Part shown: positions 37,065 through 49,700 of the stretch, piece after piece
Layout: the number at the start of each line of letters is the position of its first letter
How positions within the stretch are numbered: the stretch's first letter is position 1
Origin: Heptranchias perlo
Taxonomy: Eukaryota
Assembly: GCF_035084215.1 (NCBI RefSeq)
Contig: NC_090366.1
Location: 13,826,001-13,890,000, forward strand
Reading direction: 5' to 3'
Length of the DNA stretch: 64,000 nt
Position numbers and translations under genes: made by a program
Notes under the pieces: generated by a model
The model's input: only the letters and a program-made list of their open reading frames with translations
What the model was told of the DNA's origin: nothing
The model's database searches: none

Positions 37065-37110
37065 ATGACATCCTTAAGAACGCTTTTCCTGACGCTGATT
37101 TTGTTCCAAG
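37065..37110 (+). CDS. CD22/Siglec-like receptor: signal-peptide exon (exon 37054-37110)
   Basis: tttatttcag acceptor, ATG 37065, MTSLRTLFLTLILFQ, phase-1 donor CAAG|gtaggc joining in frame to DVLG-YDW. Confidence 0.8.
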
Positions 37111-37279
37111 GTAGGCACTCTTATGACTGTTCATTCACAGCAATTATCATAAAGTGGCTTTAATGCAGAGAAACATCCCAAGAGGAGACGAGGAGGCGAG
37201 GGAGGGTTGGAAGAGCTTAGCTGAAAAGATGGATTTAAAGGTGGGAAGGAAGGTAGGAAGATAGAGGGGCTTTGGGAGG

Positions 37280-38590
37280 GAGAGCAGGAGAGTGGGATTA
37301 GACTGGGTGGGATATTAAAGGGTACGGGGAGAGTGGGATTAGACTGGGTGGGATATTGAAGGGTACGGGGAGTGAGGGGAGAGTGGGATTAGACTGGGTG
37401 GGATATTAAAGGGTGTGGGGAGTGAGGGGAGAGTGAGATTAGACTGGGTTGGATATTAAAGGGTGTGGGGAGTGAGGGGGAGAGTGGGATTAGACTGTGT
37501 GGGATATTGAAGGGTGTGGGGAGTGAGGGGGAGAGTGGGATTAGACTGGGTGGGATATTAAAGGGTGTGGGGAGTGAGGGGAGAGTGGGTTTAGACTGTG
37601 TGGGATATTGAAGGGTGTGGGGAGTGAGGGGAGAGTGGGATTAGACTGGGTGGGATATTAAAGGGTAGGGGGAGTGAGTGGGAGAGTGGGATTAGACTGG
37701 GTGGGATATTAAAGGGTATGGGGAGTGAGGGGAGAGTGGGATTGGACTGGGTGGGATATTAAAGGGTACGGGGAGTGAGGGGGAGAGTGGGATTAGACTG
37801 GGTGGGATATTAAAGAATACGGGGAGTGAGGGGAGAGTGGGATTAGACTGGGTGGGATATTACAGGGTATGGGGAGTGAGGGGGAGAGTGGGATTAGACT
37901 GGGTGGGATATTACAGGGTATGGGGAGTGAGGGGGAGAGTGGGATTAGACTGGGTGGGATATTATGGGGTATGGGGAGTGAGGGGAGAGTGGGATTAGAC
38001 TGGGTGGGATATTACGGGGTATGGGGAGTGAGGGGAGAGTGGGATTAGACTGGGTGGGATATTACAGGGTATGGGGATGAGGGGAGAGTGGGATTAGACT
38101 GGGTGGGATATTAAAGGGTACAGGGAGTGAGGGGAGAGTGGGATTAGACTGGGTGGGATATTACAGGGTATGGGGATGAGGGGAGAGTGGGATTAGACTG
38201 GGTGGGATATTAAAGGGTACAGGGAGTGAGGGGAGAGTGGGATTAGACTGGGTGGGATATTACGGGGTATGGGGAGTGAGGGGAGAGTGGGATTAGACTG
38301 GGTGGGATATTACGGGGTATGGGGAGTGAGGGGAGAGTGGGATTAGACTGGGTGGGATATTACAGGGTACAGGGAGTGAGGGGAGAGTGGGATTAGACTG
38401 GATGGGATATTAAAGGGTACAGGGAGTGAGGGGAGAGTGGGATTAGACTGGGTGGGATATTAAAGGATACGGGGAGTGAGGGGAGAGTGGCATTAGACTG
38501 GATGGGATATTAAAGGGTACGGGGAGTGAGGGGAGAGTGGGATTAGACTGGGTGGGATATTAAAGGGTACAGGGAGTGAGGGGAGAGTGG
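37280..38590. repeat. G-rich 50/51-bp minisatellite (~26 copies)
   Basis: Unit gggagagtgggattagactgggtgggatattaaagggtacggggagtgag(g). Confidence 0.94.
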
Positions 38591-38625
38591 AGGTGCTGTA
38601 TAAATGCATGTTCTTGTTGCTATAG

Positions 38626-38967
38626 ATGTCCTTGGCTATGACTGGGACGTGAAGACGCCTGGGAACATCACTGGGATTGAAGACTCCTGCGTGGTGATCC
38701 CTTGTACCTTCCAGTGTCCCGGAAACCCCAATGCCGTCATGTGGTTGAAGGGAGACAAGACCAGTGGGATACAAGTGATCAACTCCACCGGGAAACCAGA
38801 CTCTGCCTTCGAAGGTCGGGCCCAATTCCTTGCTAATTGGAAAACAGAGAAAGATTGCACCTTAAAGATAAATAAACTAAGGAAGAGCGATAAGGGAACA
38901 TATTACTTTCGAATGGAACGGAACATTAAGTATTCAGACCCAAAGGGAGTCACGATAGATTTTTCTG
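38626..38967 (+). CDS. Siglec-like exon: V-set domain 1
   Basis: tatag|...G|gtaagt, phase 1-1; WDV, SCVVIPC, KDCTLKI, DKGTYYFRME (essential Arg), KYS. Confidence 0.93.
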
Positions 38968-39109
38968 GTAAGTTTAACTGCATTTTGCATCAGCCACGAT
39001 GAAAAGCAGGGCAGGCTCGAGGGGCTGAATGGCCTCCTCATGTTCCTATTTCTTAATGTGATAACTTCATTACAGCCCCGATGTGAGATTTCTGTGCTTT
39101 GTTTTGATA

Positions 39110-39735
39110 GAATCTTACAGCACAGAAGGAGGCTATTCGGCCCATCGTGCCTGTGCCAGCTCTTTGGAAGAGCTCTCCAATTAGTCCCACTCCCCCCCTG
39201 CTCTTTCCCCAAAACCCTGCAAATTTTTCCTTTTCAAGTATTTATCCAATTCCCCCTTTGAAAGTTATTATTGAATCTGCTTCCACCGCCCTTTCAGGCA
39301 GCGCATTCCAGATCAGAACAACTCGCTGCGTAAAAAAACATTCTCCTCATCTCCCCCTCTGGTTCTTTCGCCGATTATCTTAAATCTGTGTCCTCTCGTT
39401 ACCGACCCTCCTGCCACTGGAAACAGTTTCTCCTTATTTACTCTATCAAAACCCTTCATGATTTTGAACCCCTCGATTAAATCTCCCCTTAACCTTCTCT
39501 GCTCTAAGGAGAACAATCCCAGCTTCTCCAGTCTCTCCGCATCACTGAAGTCCCTCATCCCTGGTCCCATTCTGGTAAATCTCCTCCACACCCTCTCCAA
39601 GGCCTTGACATCCTTCCTAAAGTGCGGTGCCCAGAATTGGAGACAATACTCCAGCTGAGGCCTAACCAGTGTTTTATAAAGGGTTTAGCATAACTTCCTT
39701 GCTTTTGTACTCTATGCCTCTACTTATAAAGCCCA
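39110..39735 (-). mobile_element. CR1 3' fragment
   Basis: ERVWRRFTRM...RRLRGDLIE. Confidence 0.85.
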
Positions 39736-39895
39736 AATGTTGGCTCGTGTGGAGCATAAACACCAGCATAGACCAGTTGGGCCGAATGGCCTGTTTCTGA
39801 GCTGTAGTTTCGATGTTGCCGGGTGATTTTTACTCTGTTCACGCACGCAGTCTGCATTCAATAACGTTGTGTCTCTCCTGACTGTTTCCCAAAAG

Positions 39896-40189
39896 ACGCA
39901 CCGAGTTTAATAAACATATCAACACCTGCGAGGATGATCGAGGGAGAGGAAGTGAGTTTAGTTTGCTCCGTGAAGTATCTGTGCGCTGACCTTCTCCGAT
40001 GGTACAGCTTTGAGGGTTTAAACCGGTCGACTTCGACCGAAACCAAAGGCACAGCTCAAAATGGATGGATTACCAGCCGTACGTTGAGTTTTGTCCCTTC
40101 TTACAAGGATGACGGGAAGTCGCTGAGCTGTGGACTTCAGTCAACAATGGGCGAGTCTCACAGAAAAAACATCACTTTAAACGTGGAAT
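39896..40189 (+). CDS. Siglec-like exon: C2-set domain 2
   Basis: ag|...T|gtaagt; LVCSVKYLC (extra interdomain Cys), LSFVPSYKDDGKSLSC. Confidence 0.9.
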
Positions 40190-40259
40190 GTAAGTAAACT
40201 GGGCTCAGCTGAAAGATTACTTTCCGTATCGAGTTCGAGCTCGGGGCGGGTATGCGGCA

Positions 40260-41130
40260 GGTGTCAGGAGGTCGTGGGTTCGAGCCCCCACTCCAGAGAC
40301 TCGAGCCCCATAATCCCAGGCCGACACTCCCCAGTGCCCAGTACTGAGGGAGCGCCGCACTGTCGGAGGGGCAGTACTGAGGGAGCGCTGCACTGTCGGA
40401 GGTGCCGTCTTTCGGATGAGACGTTAAACCGAGGCCCCGTCTGCCCCTCTCAGGTGGGATGTAAAAGATCCCACGGCCACTATTTCGAGGAAGAGCAGGG
40501 GGGAGTTCTCCCCGGTGTCCTGGGGCCGATATTTATCCCTCAACCAAAAAACAGATTGGTCGGTTAATAATTTTTATCATTGGACTACTGCGTTCAGTTC
40601 TGGGCACCGCACCTCAGGAAGGATATATTGGCCTTGGAGGGGGTGCAGTGCAGATTCACCAGAATGATACCGGGGCTTAGAGGGTTAAATTCCGAGGACA
40701 GGTCGCACAGACTGGGCTTGTATTCCCTCGAGTGTAGAAGATTAAGGGGTGATCTAATCGAGGGGTTTGAGATGATTAAAGGATTCGATAGGGTCGATAG
40801 AGAGAAACTATTTCCTCTGGTGGGGGGAGTCCAGAACAAGGGGGCAGAACCTTAAAATTAGAGCCGGGCCGTTCAGGGGTGATGTCGGGAAGCACTTCCT
40901 CACACAAAGGGGAGTGGGAATCTGGAACTCTCTCCCCCAAAAAGCTGTTGAGGCCGGGGGTCAATTGGAAATTTCAAAACTGAGATTGATCGATTTTTGT
41001 TGGGTGAGGGGATTAAGGGTTACAGAACCAAGGCGGGTAAATGGGGTTAAGATACAGATCAGCCATGATCTAATTGAATGACGGAACAGGCCTGAGGGGC
41101 TGAATGGCCTCCTCCTGCTCCTATTGTCCT
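40260..41130 (+). mobile_element. DeuSINE fragment (40260-40560) followed by CR1 3' fragment (40580-41130)
   Basis: Similarity to other copies in the window. Confidence 0.85.
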
Positions 41131-41307
41131 ATCTCATTGCTGTATCTGCGACCTTGCTCCTATGAATTTCCCTTCATTGGCTCCGAAGCGTATTGGGAGG
41201 TCCTAAGGCAGTTTTTCCCTATTCCTCCTGTGCTCGGTGTGCGCCCAACACTGACCCTGTCCATCGCCTCGAGTTAACATGCTTACTGAATTCTTTTTGT
41301 CTCTCAG

Positions 41308-41568
41308 ATGCCCCTAAGGATGTTTACATTGCTTCCTCTCGCTTTACACCAATCACTAAGGGTGTCACGATCACATTAAGATGCATGTTCTCAACCAGTA
41401 ACCCACCAGTAACTACCTACAAATGGACAGGGAACAGCCATTGGACTCGATCTAGAACAAGACAAACATATGTGACTCCTGCATTTCATGGCAATCAAGA
41501 ATACACGTGTGAAGCATCTAATTCAGTTGGAACAACCTCCTCCGATAAAATCAAACTGGTAATATTAG
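41308..41568 (+). CDS. Siglec-like exon: C2-set domain 3
   Basis: ctcag|...G|gtatgt; YAPKDV, TLRC...SNPPVTTYKW...YTCEASNSVG. Confidence 0.9.
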
Positions 41569-41579
41569 GTATGTATCAA

Positions 41580-42980
41580 GGCCTTCCATCTCCCACCCTC
41601 CGTAAACTCCAGCTCATTCAAAACTCTGCTGCCCCCGTATCCTAACTCGCACCGAGTCCCGTTCACCCATCACCCCCTGTGCTCGCTGACCAACATCGGC
41701 TCCCGATCCGGGAACGCCTCGATTTTAAAACCATCATCCTCGTGTTCAAATCCCTCCATGGCCCTCACCGCCCCCCTCCCTATCTCTGTAACCTCCTCCA
41801 GCCCCTCACCCCTCCCTATCTCTGTAACCTCCTCCAGCCCCTCACCCCTCCCTATCTCTGTAACCTCCTCCAGCCCCTCACCCCTCCCTATCCCTGTAAC
41901 CTCCTCCAGCCCCTCACCCCTCCCTATCTCTGTAACCACCTCCAGCCCCACACCCCTCCCTATCCCTGTAACCTCCTCCAGCCCCTCACCCCTCCCTATC
42001 CCTGTAACCTCCTCCAGCCCCACACCCCTCCCTATCTCTGTAACCACCTCCAGCCCCACACCCCTCCCTATCCCTGTAACCTCCTCCAGCCCCACACCCC
42101 TCCCTATCTCTGTAACCTCCTCCAGCCCCACACCCCTCCCTATCCCTGTAACCTCCTCCAGCCCCACACCCCTCCCCACCTCTGTAAACTCCTCCAGCCC
42201 CACACCCCTCCCTATCCCTGTAACCTCCTCCGGCCCCACACCCCTCCCTATCTCTGTAACCTCCTCCAGCCCCACACCCCTCCCTATCTCTGTAACCTCC
42301 TCCAGCCCCTCACCCCTCCCTATCCCTGTAACCTCCTCCAGCCCCTCACCCCTCCCTATCTCTGTAACCTCCTCCAGCCCCACACCCCTCCCTATCCCTG
42401 TAACCACCTCCAGCCCCACACCCCTCCCTATCCCTGTAACCACCTCCAGCCCCACACCCCTCCCTATCCCTGTAACCTCCTCCAGCCCCACACCCCTCCC
42501 TATCTCTGTAACCTCCTCCAGCCCCACACCCCTCCCTTTCTCTGTAACCTCCTCCAGCCCCACACCCCTCCCTATCCCTGTAACCACCTCCAGCCCCACA
42601 CCCCTCCCTATCCCTGTAACCTCCTCCAGCCCCACACCCCTCCCTTTCTCTGTAACCTCCTCCAGCCCGACAACCCTCCGAGATCTCTGCACTCCTCCAA
42701 TTCTGGCCTCTTGTCCATCCCCCGATTTCCATCGCTCCACCATTGGCGGCCGTGCCTTCAGCTGCCTGGGCCCTAAGCTCTGGAATTCCCTCCCTAAACC
42801 TCTCCGCCTCTCTCTCTCCTCCTTTAAGACGCTCCTTAAAACCTACCTCTTTGACCAAGCTTTTGGTCACCTGTCCTAATATCTCCTTATGTGGCTCGGG
42901 GTTAAATTTTGTCTGATTTACGCTCCTGTGAAGCTCCTTGGGATTTTACTATGTCAAAGGTGCTATATAAATGCAAGTAG
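41580..42980 (+). mobile_element. L2 3' fragment with internal 36-bp unit expanded ~25 times (41774-42668)
   Basis: KLQLIQNSAA, then (PPYLCNLLQPHT)n, then normal L2 end. Confidence 0.9.
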
Positions 42981-43159
42981 TTTTGTTCTATCTCATATTT
43001 AAGCACTTGTTCCACATTTATCTTTAACAAAAATGTTTTATTCCCTCCAGTTTCCTCCTCTCCTGTAGACTTTTAATTTTCCTGGACTCCAGTGCATTCC
43101 TTCCCCTCCCCTAGGGACACATCATGGCCGACATTAATACCTAGGACAACCCACCAGAT

Positions 43160-43450
43160 CATAGAATGATACAGCACAGAAACAGGCCATTCGGCCCAAC
43201 TGGTCCATGCTCCACACGAGCCTCCTCCCTCCCTACTTCCTCTCACCCTATCACCATATCCTTCTATTCCTTTCTCCCTCATGTGTTTATCCAGCTTCCC
43301 CTTAAATCCATCTACACTATTCACCTCAACTACTCCTTGTGGGAGCGAGTTCCACATTCTCACCACTCTCTGGGTAAAGAAGTTTCTTCTGAATTCCCTA
43401 TTGGATTTATTCGTGACTCTCTTATGTTGATGGGCCCCCTAGTTATGACA
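43160..43450 (-). mobile_element. CR1 3' end
   Basis: VVRMWNSLP...FKGKLDKHM on - strand. Confidence 0.82.
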
Positions 43451-43565
43451 ATACATTATTGATCCCCCAAGTGATTTTAATTGATTATTTCCATCCTAAC
43501 CCTTCACATGTTGTGCCTGGCTTCAAAGTTCTTGTTGGCCCTCACTCAGACCTTGTCTCTTACAG

Positions 43566-43901
43566 AGGGCAAGACCTGGGCAGTGTGGACCCCGCTCTCA
43601 CTGACAGCCCGGGAACATTCGTGCGTGACAATCCCCTGCCAATACAGACACCGCGGTGAAATGAAGAATTCGATTTGGTTAAAAGGGCACAATTACCATG
43701 GAGCTCGAGTGTATCAAAGCAACGGAGAGATTAACGCTAATTATTCAGGCCGCGTGGAGATACTTGGAGGTGTGGAAGACAATAGCTGTACCTTGAAGAT
43801 AAAGAATTTAACAGTGGAAGACAGCGGGAAATATTATTTCCGAATGGAAACAGCCAGCAATAAATGGTCATCACCGACTGGTGTCAATCTTTTGGTATCT
43901 G
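43566..43901 (+). CDS. Siglec-like exon: V-set domain 2 (Ig domain 4)
   Basis: tacag|...G|gtgagt, phase 1-1; TWAV, SCVTIPC, NSCTLKI, DSGKYYFRME (essential Arg), NKWS. Confidence 0.93.
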
Positions 43902-43949
43902 GTGAGTGTGTCAATAAAATTCTGCATTTCTAGCTTCTATTTTCTATAC

Positions 43950-45185
43950 GGTGTCAGCCTTGACTCAGTCTCTGAGTCGGGAAGTCGTGGGTTCGAGCCC
44001 CCTTTCCAGAGACTCGAGCCCCGTAATCCAGGACGACACTCCCACAGTGCCAATACTGAGGGAGCACTGCGCTGTCGGAGGGTCAGTACTGAGGGAGCAC
44101 TGCGCTGTCGGAGGGTCAGTGCTGAGGGAGCGCTGCGCTGTCGGAGGGTCAGTACTGAGGGAGCGCCGCACTGTCGGAGGGTCAGTACTGAGGGAGCGCC
44201 GCACTGTCGGAGGGTCAGTGCTGAGGGAGCGCCGCACTGTCGGAGGGTCGGTACTGAGGGAGCGCTGCACTGTCGGAGGGTCGGTACTGAGGGAGTGCCG
44301 CACTGTCGGAGGGTCAGTACTGAGGGAGCGCTGCACTGTTGGAGGGTCAGTACTGAGGGAGCGCCGCACTGGCGGAGGGTCAGTACTGAGGGAGTGCCGC
44401 ACTGTCGGAGGGTCAGTACTGAGGGAGCGCTGCACTGTCGGAGGGTCAGTACTGAGGGAGTGCTGCACTGTCGGAGGGTCAGTACTGAGGGAGCGCTGCA
44501 CTGTCGGAGGGTCAGTACTGAGGGAGCGCTGCACTGTCGGAGGGTCAGTACTGAGGGAGCGCCGCACTGTCGGAGGGTCAGTACTGAGGGAGCGCCGCAC
44601 TGTCGGAGGGTCAGCACTGAGGGAGCGCCGCACTGTCGGAGGGTCAGTACTGAGGGAGCGCTGCACTGTCGGAGGGTCAGTACTGAGGGAGCGCTGCACT
44701 GTCGGAGGGTCAGTACTGAGGGAGCGCTGCACTGTCGGAGGGTCAGTACCGAGGGAGCGCTGCACTGTCGGAGGGTCAGTACTGAGGGAGCGCCGCACTG
44801 TCGGAGGGTCAGTACCGAGGGAGCGCCGCACTGTCGGAGGGTCAGTACTGAGGGAGCGCCGCACTGTCGGAGGGTCTGTACTGAGGGAGCGCTGCACTGT
44901 CGGAGGGTCAGTACTGAGGGAGCGCCGCACTGTCGGAGGGTCAGTACCGAGGGAGCGCCGCACTGTCGGAGGGTCAGTACTGAGGGAGCGCTGCACTGTC
45001 GGAGGGTCAGTACTGAGGGAGCGCCGCACTGTCGGAGGGTCAGTACTGAGGGAGCGCTGCACTGTCAGAGGTGCCGTCTTTCGGATGAGACGTTAAACCG
45101 AGGGCCCCGTCTGCCCTCTCAGGTGGGACATAAAAGATTCCGTAGCACTGGAGCAGGGGAGATCTCGCTGGTGTCCTGGCCAACG
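43950..45185 (+). mobile_element. DeuSINE with ~31 copies of the 33-bp unit
   Basis: Head, array 44050-45070, core. Confidence 0.9.
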
Positions 45186-45809
45186 TTCCTCCCTCTCCCC
45201 ATGAACATTGGCATGGCAGCGACTCACACCTCTGACAGCACCTCCCTCCCAAACCCCGCGGCCTCCACCACCTAGAAGGACAAGGGCAGCAGGCGCACGG
45301 GAACAACGCCACCTCCGAGTTCCCCTCTACGTCACACACACATTGGAAATATATCGGCCGTTCCTTCATCGTCGCTGGGTCAAAATCCTGGAACTCCCTC
45401 CCTAACAGCACTGTGGGAGAACCGTCACCACACGGACTGCAGCGGTTCAAGAAGGCGGCTCACCACCACCTTCTCAAGGGGCGACGAGGGATGGGCAATA
45501 AATGCCGGCCTCGCCAGCGACGCCCACATCCCCCAGAATGAGTAGTAAAAATAACAGATTAAATACTCGCCCTTTGTTCTAAACGGACGAAAGTCTGGAT
45601 TGGAAACACTCAACCTTCAGTCCATTTTAAGAGGGAAGATATTATTTCTTACCGTTTGTTGCTCCAACATTGCCATCTGCTGTCATTGAAGCAGAACAGC
45701 AGGCCATAGGAACAGGAGGAGGCCATTCAGCCCCTCGAGCCTGTTCCCCCATTCAACGAGATCATGGCTGATCTGTACCCTAACTCCATCTACCCCGCCT
45801 TGGCTCCAT

Positions 45810-47398
45810 GGGGGACAAATTGGATTGGGCCTGTTTTTGGGCGGGGGTAGCACGATCTGCTATTACCCAATGGTCCCTGTGACGGGCAGGACGAGACTTT
45901 CGTCAGGCCTGAGGACTCACCTGCAATCCGCGTTGGAAATCAGCGTCGAACGAGGATTCCATGCAGTTCGCACTTTCCGCCAGCAGGGGGAGCGCCAATC
46001 CCTTAAAGGCAGGCTGTCTGTTAGAAATCTCTTAAAGGTAGCTGGTACCTGTTATTTGCTGAATATAACAGCCTGCTGCCTGCACGGAGTCTGAACGGAG
46101 ATCAGGCATCGCACACGTAAAGCACAGATGCAGCTCCCATCCCTATGTTTACACACTGATGAGTTATGTTAAAACATTGAATAAAGGTTGCGCACCAATA
46201 AATCCCACATCCTCCAATCTGCATGCCACACCTCACCAATCTGCCAATCTGAGACTCCGAGCACCAAGGTTCTCTGCTGATGCACTAGAGGCCTTGGTGC
46301 AAGAGGTGGACAGAAGGAGGGGCGTCCTATATCCACGGGGGGTGGGGAGAGCAAGAGGCCCTCCAGACATACACCCAAAAGGTAGTGGGAGGCAGTAGGG
46401 GACGAAGTCAATGCCAGGCGCACAGCATCACGAACATGGATGCAGTACAGGAAGAAGTTCAATGCTTTGACACGAGTGGTCAAGGTGAGTGAGGTCAACT
46501 GTCAAGTGGTGTCTCCTACCAACTGCACCACACACGACACCCCCATCACCCACATACCAACAAACCCTTTCCATCAGTACTCAACCCTCTCACCCTTACA
46601 CATTACCACTGTTGCAAGCCGCCCACGCACAACTCACAGGCCACACACACACTGGCAGCTATTCAACCATGATAGGCACATCACCCAGACACACGCCCCG
46701 CTTCCTTGCAGGAGAAGCTGGCACATAACAGCGGCAGTGGCATTTAGCCCCTCGAGCCTGTTCCGCCATTCGATCAGATCAGGGTGGACCTGTGACCTAA
46801 CTCCATATACCCGCCTTAGCCCCATATCCCTTAATACCCTTGGTTCACAGAAAGCTATCAATCTCAGATTCAGAATTCTCAATTGAGCTGGCATCAACTA
46901 CCGTCTGCAGAACAGCGTTCCAAACTTCTCCCACCCCTTGCGTGTAGAATCATTTCCTAACTTCACTCCTGCACGTCCTGGCTTTAAATGTTAGCCTATG
47001 TCCCCACGTCCTTGTATTCAAGTGTAGGAGACCGCCAGAAGCCAATAAACTGTAAATCCTGCATGGTCCCTTTAAATAGCGCCAGTGGGGGGGGTCCTCC
47101 AGGCACTCTAAGACACGTTCAGATGGTCGGGGTTAAGACTGTGCGTTGAGTTGAGCGTTAAGTCCCAAAATGGCGTCTATCACTTTAAATCAGCGTTGTA
47201 CTCTGATTGCAGCCATTTTCTCCCTACTTTACATGATTCCAGCGTTCGTTATCTGCGCCTGCGCTAACTCCTATACCAAGATGGCGTCTGGCGCACGTCA
47301 CTCTGGAAACGTGCGTGCGCACCCAGGACGCCATCTTGGATGTCGAAGAGGCCGCTGAGCGCCGAAACAACGGGCGTTACACGGCCCAATTTAGCGCC
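45810..47398 (+). mobile_element. Harbinger-like DNA transposon remnant with a Myb/SANT-type DNA-binding exon, inserted in a CR1 3'UTR
   Basis: RAPRFSADALEALVQEV...WEAVGDEVNA...RTWMQYRKKFNAL at ~46255-46484, donor gtgagt, next exon EKLAHN at 46711; imperfect terminal inverted repeats; host CR1 (-) 45705-45809 resumes at ~47400-48130. Confidence 0.7.
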
Positions 47399-48239
47399 TG
47401 ATATCCCTTAATACCCTTGTCTAGCAAAAATCTCTCGATCGCTAAGATTTAAAATGATTAACCGAGCTGGCATCTAGTGCTTTTTGTGGGAGAGAGTTCC
47501 GCACTTTTACCACCCTTTGCGTGAAGAAGTGTTTCCGAGCTTCTCTCCTGAACGGCCTGGCTCTGATTTTAAGGTTCTGTCCCCCTGTCCTGGACTCCCC
47601 CCACAGGCGGAAAAAGTTTCTCTCCATCTAACCCATCCTTTCAAAATCTTAAAAACCTCAATCAAGTCCCCCCTTAATCTTTCATATTCCAGATAATACA
47701 AGCCTGGTTTATGTAATCTCTCGCCTCATAATTTAACCCTTGGAGTCCTGGTAACATTCGAGTGAATCTGCGCTGCATTCCCTCCAAGGTCAATATATCC
47801 TCTCTAAGGTGCGGTGCCCAGAGCTGTACACAGTGCTCCAGATGTGCTCTAACCAGGGCTTTGTACAGCTGCAGCAAAACCTCCTCCCCTTTATATTCTA
47901 GCCCTCTAGATATAAAAGCTAACATTCCATTAGCCTTTTTGATTATTTTTTGTCCCTGACTGCTACATTTTAGTGATCTGTGTACACAGACCCCCTAAAT
48001 CTCTTTGGATCTCCACTGTTCCGACCTTTTCACCATTTAAAAAATACTCGGGGATCGATCCTTTTTTGGCCCAAAGTGGATGACCTCACATTTTCCCACT
48101 TTGAACTCCATCTGCCACAGTTTTGCCCACTCACTCAATCTCTCAACGTGCCTCTGTAATTTCTTGCTCCTGTCGACACGACTTACTATGCCACCAATCT
48201 TTGACATCACTAAAAACAGATTATCTGGTCACCATTGTA

Positions 48240-48597
48240 ATGTCGGAAACATGGCAGCCAATTTGCGCACAGCAAGCTCCCACAAACAGCAATGTGATAA
48301 ATGACCCAGATCATCTGTTTTAGTGATGTTGGTTGAGGGATAAATATTGGCCCCAGGACACCCGGGGAGAACTCCCCCCTTGCTCTTCTTCGAAATAGTG
48401 GCCGTGGGATCTTTTACGTCCCACCCGAGAGGGGCAGACGGGGGCCTCCGGTTTAACGTCTCATCCGAAAGTGCGGCGCTCCCTCAGTACCGGACGTCGG
48501 GAGAGTCGGCCTGGGATTATGGGGCTCGAGTCTCTGGAGTGGGGGCTCGAACCCACGACCTTCTGACTCTGGGGCGAGAGAGAGAGAGAGAGAGAGC
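48240..48597 (-). mobile_element. DeuSINE
   Basis: Reverse complement of the SINE with (ga)n head. Confidence 0.85.
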
Positions 48598-48649
48598 TAT
48601 TTCAAAATATTCCGGAGCAATCCTTGAATTCCGTTGGTCTATTCCACAG

Positions 48650-48955
48650 AGAAGCCAGAGAAACCAGAGATCGAAGCTCCGGAGAGTATCACAGAGGGGA
48701 AAACTGCCACTGTGACCTGTACTGTGAAGAGCTTCTGCTCCGAAGACATTCCTGTTTTGGCGTGGCTCTTCCCATATCCCAACAGCAGCACTTCATCCGA
48801 GACCCAGAGGGACAACAGGGATAACATGTGGATTTACTCCCGCGGCCTCACATTTATCCCGACATACGAGGAAAGGGATCAGACGCTGAAGTGTCAGGTT
48901 GTCTTTGGAAAAGCGACAGCTTCAGCTGCAAGCGAGATCCAACTAAACATCAAAC
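48650..48955 (+). CDS. Siglec-like exon: C2-set domain 5
   Basis: ccacag|...C|gtgagt; VTCTVKSFC (extra Cys), LTFIPTYEERDQTLKC. Confidence 0.92.
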
Positions 48956-49199
48956 GTGAGTATTGGAATTCAAATGTTTCTTGGCGTTTTCCAACAAAGA
49001 ATATTCACCTCTCGGTCTTCATATAATGAGCGGGTGTGACGAGTCTCCACCAAATTCAATTGTTCTCACACACCCTCTTGGTTTTTTAGTTTGAGGGCGG
49101 ACAAGCCTTGATACAATTGTCAGCGTAATATCACGATGCAGATCCCTCAATACTAACAGGTCGGATATGTACAACTTGGGCTGGGCTTTAACTGAACTC

Positions 49200-49700
49200 G
49201 CAACCTTAAAATTAGAGCCAGGCCGTCCAGGGGTGATGTCGGGAAGCACTTCTTCACACAAAGGGGAGTGGGAATCTGGAACTCTCTCCCCCCCAAAAAG
49301 CCGTTGAGGCCGGGGGTCAATTGGAAATTTCAAGACTGAGGTCGACAGATTTTTGTTGGGTGAGGGGATTAAGGGTTACGGAACCAAGGCGGGTAGATGG
49401 AGTTGAGGTACAGATCGGCCATGATCTAATAGAATGGCGGAACAGGCTCGAGGGGCTGAATGGCCTCCTCCTGTTCCTACATAACAGGCTCGAGGGGCTG
49501 AATGGACCCCTCCTGTTCCTGTGTAACAGACTCGAGGGGCTGAACGGGCCTCCTCCAGTTCCTATATAACAGGCTCGAGGGGCTGAATGGCCTCCTCCAG
49601 TTCCTATATAACAGGCTCGAGGGGCTGGACGGGCCTCCTCCTGTTCCTATGTAACAGACACGAGGGGCTGAATGGCCTCCTCCTTTTCCTATGTTGCTAT
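49200..49700 (+). mobile_element. CR1 3' end with tandemly repeated ~41-bp terminal unit
   Basis: (aacaggctcgaggggctgaatggcctcctcctgttcctat..)x6. Confidence 0.82.

Noticed and set aside
41670-42879. Mucin-like Pro/Ser/Thr ORF that could be a stalk exon between Ig3 and V2
   Set aside because: 36-bp expansion inside an L2 element, open in several frames, no convincing splice sites.
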